Source: Bigelowiella natans CCMP2755 (lineage: Eukaryota; Protista; Cercozoa). From it: a stretch of 40,061 bases of DNA. Numbering within the stretch: the first letter of the stretch is position 1; the number at the start of each line of letters is the position of its first letter. The notes below the pieces were generated by a model. That model ran no database searches. It saw only the letters and a program-made list of their open reading frames with translations, and had not been told where the DNA came from. The stretch lies in NCBI GenBank assembly GCA_000320545.1, contig ADNK01000901.1, positions 1-40,061 of the forward strand, given 5' to 3'. A program made the translations under genes and the position numbers. Below are positions 31,605-40,061 of this stretch, piece by piece.

Positions 31605-32090
31605 TATGTATGTATTCGCCGACAAGATTGCAATGCTTTCACATGCATGCAACATACAAACAAATAGACACAACTTATAAGTGCTGTAGCCGCTGCTCTG
31701 CACAGCTACATTAGGATGACCATTGAAAATTTTAAACATTTCATTACATCCGTCTTGTCTCGTATGTATATATGTATGTACCATATGCTCATCCGTCTTA
31801 TATAAAAAACATCCGTCTTATGTGTCATATGCCGCCGCTTTGCGCATAGCTATACGTTAGGATGACTATTGGCATGCAGAACGTGATTCATTCATTTTAG
31901 TATTCCCTGTCTATAATCATTCATTACATCCGTCTCATATGTGCATATGCATATGCATATGATAACTATTTTAATTGAAAGCTAATAGACGTCAACTTTA
32001 GCGCTGTACGGATCCGCCGCTTTATACAGCTACACTAGGATGACTAATGTCTTATGTGCATGCGATTACATTCATTGCATCCATCTGCTT
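31479..32090. mobile_element. Cluster of the same MITE-like family: one left arm (31479-31535) and three right-arm units (about 31636-31755, 31830-31939, 31985-32090)
   Basis: The left arm reverse complement agctacatttggattacaattgaaaaaatttaaacaattcattacatgcgtctcata matches the right arm at 19690-19746. The segment 31636-31755 aligns with 19617-19745. The core agcta(c/t)..taggatgac recurs near 31704, 31848 and 32029. Confidence 0.55.
31565..31599. repeat. (TA)n microsatellite inside the MITE-like copy; similar (TA)n tracts occur in introns near 5425, 17125, 27285, 33412 and 35668
   Basis: Read directly from the sequence. Confidence 0.9.
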
Positions 32091-32164
32091 TTTATTACTA
32101 CATTGCTCCCCAAGGCCGCAGCGTGGGAATATCTCAATAACAGTGACATATTTGCGTTGTAATA

Positions 32165-33281
32165 TCAAGATAATCTCCTATGTGCAGTATCCCCAAATGC
32201 CGAGAAGATGTCGTAAGCAATGAGCCTGAATACAAGGCATAGACGATGAACGATAGTGACGAGACCGACCGCGGGTGCTCGGACAGAAAACATAACTTAG
32301 TACAATCTAAAGTACTTAACCAGTCATATGGTACTACATTGCTGTTATATTACTGTTTGTCTTGGAGGTCATGGGAGAAACTATTCATCCACTCTGCTGT
32401 AGATCGAAGTCCAGCCTTACATGAATCATTTAGTGAATATGCACAAGTATTACTATTAGTAGTAGCAGCAGCAGTAGAAGAAGTATAGTAGTTGTTGTGC
32501 TGCGGCTATGAGAGATGAATACTAACATCTGCGACCTAACTTTTGGATTGAGAGAAAGAGTTCTCTCATAAAGCAGGGAAGATGAGCAGTACAGAAAGTA
32601 GTGTCCAATTCTCAATAGTGGCTGCATGATCATCGTGAGATAACAATTATAATATCATTATCATCATCAGCAGCAATAGCAGTATCTTGTTCTTCTTCAT
32701 CACCATTATAGAACTTGAGGTGTTAAGCATTTTTTGATCTTCAATTGCTTCCAAGCAAACCTAATATTATAATAGGAAAGGCATCAATAAATGCTGCTAG
32801 TAGTAGTTATAGATAGTGGTAGTAGTAGTAGTAGTAGTAGTTACTACCTGGGATACACGGCTGTATCTTGTGTCTTGATACTTTTTCACAGCACTCGCCA
32901 GCATACTTTCTGACGTCTGTTTATAATAATGATAGCAATAAATAACATTATGCACAATAACTGCGAGGCAAAATAAACGAATCAACGACTGAATAAGATA
33001 GAGACAGCGCCAATCAAACATTTGGAAGAGACTATAACTTTTTTTTCAAATAGTGATCGATTTTCTTCCCCCCCCCCCTTCCCATGATGATGGCTAACTG
33101 ATTTAGCATTACCTCATCGATGTCACTATCTGGCCCATATTTTTCGCATGCTTGCTGCATGCTCATTGCCAAAGCTTCTACAGATTCAAGATTCATAGCC
33201 ACGTCCTGTAAACATATAACAACAACAACACACAAACAGATAAATACAAAGACACAAAACCGAAGTGATAATACCAGAATC

Positions 33282-33316
<35 letters not shown>

Positions 33317-33386
33317 ACTACTACTTTCTGTGTCATCATTGTAATAAAAAATATGAACAAGTTGTTCTCACACACACTATGTAGCA

Positions 33387-33426
<40 letters not shown>

Positions 33427-33583
33427 CATCGTTGATAATCAGGTGGTGTCGATCATCATCCCTCCTCCTCCTCCTCCTCCTGCTGCTGCTGCTGTACTAC
33501 CTGGTTCAACGCATCTGGCAAAGAATGCGCAGCACTACCAGTCAGGATAATCCGGCCTCCATATCTTGCAGTTTGTAGTAGTT

Positions 33584-33617
<34 letters not shown>

Positions 33618-33784
33618 CAGCAGCAAAGAAAAGGAGGAGGAGGAGGAGGAGGAAGGGAAAAAAGAAAGCTCATCATATGACTTAAGCGATTATAGAAATA
33701 TGACACACTACTTCTACTACTAGTAGTACCATTATTCATCATCATCACCATGATGCGCTAATAACAATGTACTTCATAATGCAC

Positions 33785-33816
<32 letters not shown>

Positions 33817-35364
33817 AAGTGCATACTGAGAGAAGAGAGAGCCTTTGGGAGGCGGATATACTTGTACACTACCATGCACAATATCCTGTTAGCATAGCAA
33901 CACAAACAATAATAATGATAAATTGATTAACAACAACACCATCATCCCCTCGTTTGACAACAATCATTATCATCATCATCATAATCATCATCCACGACTA
34001 TACCAATCGTTTCAGCACATATGCTTATATTCTTCTTATATGCTCATAGTATTCTTATATTATCACAATAGTAGTGTTGTCGCCTCTAACATACTGCCTG
34101 AGAGCCTGACCACTATAATCACTATCTTCTTCTTCTTCTACTACTTCTTCATCTTCCCAATGATTTATCATTATCATAAACAAACATGACATTATCAACT
34201 TCTAACAACAAGCACAAACCTAGCAGTACTACTACCTGTGCATTGGTGGAAGATATTGCTTCTATTATCTCAGGAGGTGCAGGTCTGCATCATGGTGATA
34301 AAGAAGAGAATAAAGAAAGAATATACGAACGCATCATTATCATCATTGTCTTTTTCGTCAGTTTGTAGCAAACATTTCTACATGGATAGACAGAAAGGGA
34401 GGCGGAATTAGGGTAAATTGATATTCTTCTTATGATTAAGTTGTTAGTATTATTGTTAATAATAATGGCTACTTGAAGTATCGGGCCATAGCAGCAGGAT
34501 CCGCGTCATTATTGCCACTAGATGCTGGTCTGCTATGCTTTTCATCGAATAGTACTCCTCTCCAACCAACAGTCCTGCTGTTGGTGCTGTCATCATCACC
34601 ACCATCATAATCATCATCAACCTCATCATCAGTAGGTAAATAGTCATAAACCAATTCATTTATTACAACCCTGCTGCTGCTGATGATGATAATGATGATG
34701 ATGATGCTGGTGAGCCAACAGAACAAGCCCATACTCTTGCCCCAGTCCCACGACACTGATAAATCCATAGATAATTGATAAATCCATAGATAATAGGGAG
34801 GGTGATGAGGGGTGCAAGTAGTAGTAGTAGTAGTAGTGGTAGCAGTAGTGATAATAATAAATAACAATAGCAATGATTGTGTAAATATTACCTCGAAGCA
34901 TACATCAGGATTTCCAGACCAATTCCTGGTAATGGATGACAGAGAGCATGAATGGAAATAATACTATTGGTCATGAAGATCAGTCTGACAGGATTATTCA
35001 TCAATCTAGTATTATATACAATGAAACAATAACAACAATAACAAAAGTCATCATCTTCATCATCATCACCATCATCATTATCATCACGATAAGGATAACA
35101 TCCATTACTCGATTTCAGCCACTCCAGAGACCCACCATTGTGACATAGAGGTTGATGACGATGATGATGACGAGCCTGGAAGAGGAGGGGGAGGAGAAAG
35201 AGGAGGAAGGAGGAATGAAATGATGAGATGGTGATGATGGTATTAAGTACACTTAAACTAATGCATGCTGGTACTGCTGCAATTGTTGTGATAGAGGCAT
35301 AAGCAGAGGGATGATGATGATCATGCAGTATAAGTAACTGCACCAGCAAAACACCATAATAATC

Positions 35365-35395
<31 letters not shown>

Positions 35396-35664
35396 CGATG
35401 CTGCCCTCCCCACCTTGAGAAGTAGTGTTGTCGTCAAAGAAGTTAGACCGTATCAACGAGGGAACAAAATCAGCTCCTTCAAACACCACACCATCATTAT
35501 CATCATCATCATCAGCATAGGTTTTATTATCATGTACACATGATTACTACTTACTTACTACCGATAAGAACATCACAAGTATGCGTCTCTCCGTTTTGAA
35601 ACTCGAGAGATACCTCCCTACCAATCAATGTAATCATATTAAATAATCATGATCATGATGATGT

Positions 35665-35699
<35 letters not shown>

Positions 35700-36054
35700 C
35701 TGCAACCCTACTAACCCAACTTGTTATCATCATCGTTGAAAAATTTGAAATGATGCTGCTGGTAAGTTGATAGTAGATATGATTTGATCATTCGGATGAT
35801 GATCTAGAGAGAACAAACCAATTCTCCTCAGGATCGATTTCAACCTGTGAGAATGATGATGATGATGATGATGATGCCGATGATTGTCATAATTATCATA
35901 AACATCAATAACACCACTAGATTCTTCTCCAAGAGGAAGCAGAATAGGAAGAACAACAGCAATTATGTGGTGGTGAAGTTAGCATCTTCTGCTCCTTTGA
36001 GATTGTACCGTCATCACCTACTACTTCTACTATTATTCCAATAACTACTACTAT

Positions 36055-36095
<41 letters not shown>

Positions 36096-37123
36096 TTATT
36101 CTACTACACAAAAATGCACAACGCACCATTTAACAACCATCACTAGGTAGTAGTATTGCCTATTGCTACTGCTACTAACTACTACGACTACCTTTTTCAA
36201 GGAGTGCTGGTACATGATTTCCATCCCATACCTTCATAATCAATACCATCATCATCACCATCACCATCATCATTATCATCACCATCACCATCACCATCAT
36301 CACCATTAGGTGACTAATACTATAATTATGGCTAATAAATACAAGGAAAAAAAGAGAAATATGGATGATGATGATGCTGGTGATGATGCAGATGCTGTTT
36401 TTGTTGTTGCTGGTGGTGGTGTGGATGGTAATTATGAACACGACAAGCACTGACGAAGGGAGAGGATCTCAGCACCACCTTGTGTATACTGTGAGACGTA
36501 TGTATGATGTATGTGGGGGTCTAGCATTGTCCTCCTCCTCCTCCTCCTCACCTCTCTTATTACATATTTATTATTTGTGTTATTACCCTTTGCTCAATGC
36601 AGTTTCGAGGGAAGAGAGAAGGTTGTTCTTAGTTACAGCTATTGCCTGGCTATCTGGCACCTGAGTGTAGCGGTTCATGATGAGGATGATGAGGATGATG
36701 AGGATGATGGGATGGAAGGAACATCAACAGGAGGAGGAGAGGATCACATGCATCAAACAGAGAGGAGGCCGCTACTCAAAATAAGAAAAATGGAAGATGA
36801 AACTACGAAGTACTACGAAATATGACTATTTTTAAGATTCTCTCGAAAACATAGAAGAACGATCAGTTTTTAATAATCATGCACTCTAAGTATCATCATG
36901 ATAAATAGCAATATTTTTTCATTTATTTCAACATCCTCTCTCCCAACGGTGTTCTCTCCTGCTCCTGTGCAACAAACTCTACTGCTGGCTTCCTCTTTTC
37001 TTTTGTCCATTATTCATGGATTATCATTGGAAAAAAGATGATGAATGATGGAGATATTTCTTGCCTTTCCTTGACGGATAGAAAGCACCTCATTTCGAGA
37101 TAACTCCTATTGTGATGACCATC

Positions 37124-37170
<47 letters not shown>

Positions 37171-37258
37171 TACCATCGCCACCACCACAAAACACATTAC
37201 TACTCGGTGCTAGAGAAAATAGTCAGCATCAACATGAAATACCAGTGAGTTGTTGTCG

Positions 37259-37290
<32 letters not shown>

Positions 37291-37450
37291 GCTGTTGCTG
37301 CTGTTGCTGTTTCCACCTTTTGATCTGTGAATAATACTACCCGACCATTTGGATTTTGTGTCCCTAACAATAACATAAAAAGTAGTACGTATTAATGATA
37401 AGAGTTGACAGAAATGGTTGCTGAAACGACGACTTATGTATAATTAGCTA

Positions 37451-37481
<31 letters not shown>

Positions 37482-38761
37482 GTGGTGGTGATGATGATGA
37501 ACAACAATAACACCAACAATAATAACCTGTTTGTCGTATCTCTTGATGTATTAAGCCATTAGGCGACCCTTCTCTATGATGGATACCATATTGATGACGA
37601 CGACGATAATGATGATGATGATAACAACGATAAGCAGAAAGAGGAAGAGGAGGGATAATTTATCCTTGTCACCAATCATGCGCTCCTTCATCATGGTGAA
37701 GGAATATCACTAATACACGCATCTACTATCACACGGCTGTTGAAGCTACTTCTTTCCTATCTGCTTCATCACCCCCGTGCTCTCTCTCTCTCTCTCTCCC
37801 TCCCTCCCTCCCTCCCATATTTAAGACGATAACATTGCCACCACTATTACCTCCTGAGTTTCCACGTATCAAGGATACGAGTAGCGTTTGCAGGAAGCAA
37901 CAGAGCCCCTTAAATTCAACAGCAGCAACAACAACAACAACAGCAGCAGACACCAACTTATTGATGATGATCAAATCATTGGTGATCATCATTCAGCTAC
38001 TGACGAGTAAGTATGACCAGTGAATAATTACCTTTTCTACGTCCAGAGGCCGAATTAGAAAGACTTTTTTCGAATCTAAAATGATATGGACATCCTCAGA
38101 TCCATTGCGTCGCATATCTTGGAAGATATAATGATGAAAACACGGCTGGTGCTCTTTCTTCTTCTCCTCCTCTCCCCCTCCTCCTCCTTACATTGTAACA
38201 TTCGGAAATCCCCTTCGAGTAAGTGCCAAAGCTGTTCATCGTTGTAAAGAGGGATGGGTGATTTTAAGGTGGAGTTGTACCAAGTAAACAACAATAAGCA
38301 TGGCCCGACGAATCACCTGCGCTGAGTCCGGAGATCCCGCCACCATAGACGGCAAAGCTGAAATCGATCATAAAAACAATTGGCTAGGTAAGATATAACT
38401 AGATCATCCCCATTGCGGAAATTCGCAGAACTGGCTGCCACAACCGAAGGTTCCGAAGTGTTCGCGAGGATGATGCGACGTCCATTCTCCTCGGGATGGA
38501 GGATGGCGTTGGTGGGAGCACTTCCTGCTGGGATTGAACAGGTAAAAATCCATACTAAAAACATCGTAAATATGTATAAGAGTAGCTCAATGCGTAGTCA
38601 CAAGATGTCTCACACTACTATCTTCACAAAAATGCAAATGTTGTCGACAATCATCGTAAAATATCTGATAAAATGTGACTACTGATACTACCACTCCTAC
38701 CACCAACGAGGCTGAGGGCGAGGACGAGAAGAGGACCTGGAGATTGCAACCAACGCACCAT
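32165..38761 (-). CDS. Class A FAD-dependent monooxygenase-like protein with degenerate DG and GD motifs, many small exons. Supported exons include 38317-38357, 38192-38231, 38032-38075, 37851-37908, 35562-35617, 35414-35476, 33501-33564, 33113-33205; stop at 32165-32167
   Basis: Spliced FAVYGGGISGLSAALALTRRGFPNVTIFEK...GALLLPANATRILDTWKL gives the Rossmann GxGxxG and PNA motif. EVSLEFQNGETHTCDVLIGADFVPSLIR lies at the DG position and YGGRIILTGSAAHSLPDALNQDVAMNLESVEALA at the GD position. Several internal exons and the exact start are tentative. Confidence 0.8.
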
Positions 38762-38772
38762 TACCAGCAGCA

Positions 38773-39918
38773 ATGAGCGGGGATGCAGTAATGATGGATG
38801 CAGTGGCAAAGGGTGACATTGCTGCTGTTCAGGTAGCAGTAGTATTCGTTGAAGAAGAATCTGCATATTGTGCCTGCTTGCTCAAAACCACTCTAATCGT
38901 AAATCATCGTGTGCTGCAGAGACTGTTGGCCCAAATGAGAGGAGGATCTACGGATGGAGATCGGTGGGTGTAAGAATGAATGGATAGAATCACCAATTTA
39001 GACAAGATTGTCTGTCCCCCTCCCGGTCTTTTCTTACATACTTGGTGTGTGTACACACTGCTACTTTTTCTACTACTCGTTTGCCTATTAATAATAGACT
39101 GGGCTCAGAGAACAACAACAATAACGTTGCAAAGATGGTCAGCTCAGGGAATTTTGACCGCCTCAAATCCCTTCTTGAGGCCGATGCTAACCCCGACGCC
39201 ACAGGAGAAGATGTGTGTCCATATTTCACATCCAAACATACGTGTATTCTTCTTCTTCATCATCTTCTTCTTCTTCTTATCTTTTCTATTTCTTCGACTG
39301 ATGTATTGCGTCGGCAGTACATGATCTTGCTCACTCTATGGAATATTTTAGGGAAAGACAGCTCTCCACTACAGTGCTATGTTCGATAATGTAGAAGGAC
39401 TTAGTGCGCTCTTGACAGCAAAGGTGTCATGTAATATTATGCAAGTCACATCTCCAAGTCACATCTCCTGATAAGGAGTACGCTCTCAATGACCTATCAT
39501 CGTTGCTATCCTTGCTTGGTTTAATCTCGATGTGAACTGATGATGAGCACCATTGTTCCTATGCACAGGCCTCCATTGAAATGGAGGACGAGGAGGGTAC
39601 GACTGCGCTGGTACTACGACTACTTCCTTGTTGTTCTTGTTGGTGTTGAGACTATTGTATGATGATGATGACCGTGAGGAGGAGGGGGAGGAGGGAGGGG
39701 GGGGGGGGGATAAGAGACCGATAGTTAGTTCGAAAGACGAATGGATGGCAAGAATGTAGTACGTAAGTTAATTGGAGAAGGAAGAGCGAGAAGCAGCATC
39801 GGAAAACACAAAAGAGTATTCATCAATATTAACCTCTTCTTCTTCTTGCGTGGCGACGGATAATTGTAGATGTGCGCAGCTCAGTATCACAGCGTGGGAT
39901 GCATCAAGATTCTTCTCG
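38773..39918 (+). CDS. Ankyrin-repeat protein, 3' part outside window; exons 38773-38832, 38920-38963, 39098-39212, 39352-39423, 39569-39610, 39870-39918
   Basis: Ankyrin consensus appears across phase-compatible exons: AVAKGDIAAVQRLL, LKSLLEADANPDATGEDGKTALHYSAMFDNVEGLSALLTAKASIEMEDEEGTTALMCAAQYHSVGCIKILL. Confidence 0.9.
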
Positions 39919-40061
39919 GTTATTATTCACTTCGCAAAACACTACTGCTGATGATGATGATAATGATGGTGAAGTAGAAGAAGAAGAAGAAGAAACGCCT
40001 GCCCCCCCCCCCCCCCCCCCGGGGGAGGGGGGGGGTGGTTTTGGGGGAATTTTTCCTTTTG

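Noticed and set aside
39985-40061. Long C and G runs at the window end (also G runs at 1-9 and about 39680-39710), considered as G-quadruplex or telomere-like elements
   Set aside because: They are not a periodic telomeric repeat. Homopolymer runs at sequence ends are typical of low-quality read or contig termini and cannot be judged without raw reads.

Overview
Eukaryotic, intron-dense genomic DNA, probably from a protist (inference; the lineage cannot be fixed from sequence alone). I reconstructed GT-AG exon chains by hand for nine protein-coding genes in strictly alternating orientation (+,-,+,-,+,-,+,-,+): CIAO2/MIP18 (5' partial), a PLAC8-domain protein, a SpoU/TrmH methyltransferase, a large hypothetical protein with short introns, glutaryl-CoA dehydrogenase, an NTE/patatin phospholipase, an OFCC1/ojoplano-like membrane protein, a degenerate class A flavin monooxygenase and an ankyrin-repeat protein (3' partial). 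Most short ORFs in the supplied track are artefacts of intronic microsatellites or antisense frames. The notable features are architectural. All four convergent gaps carry purine/pyrimidine-alternating tracts, and two of them hold a TA-flanked MITE-like inverted-repeat family. The 5' splice sites are weak, and GTAGTA is the commonest one. A 6 kb block has no microsatellites, and one head-to-head gene pair has candidate start codons only 11 bp apart. No rRNA, tRNA, CRISPR array or transposase was recognised.
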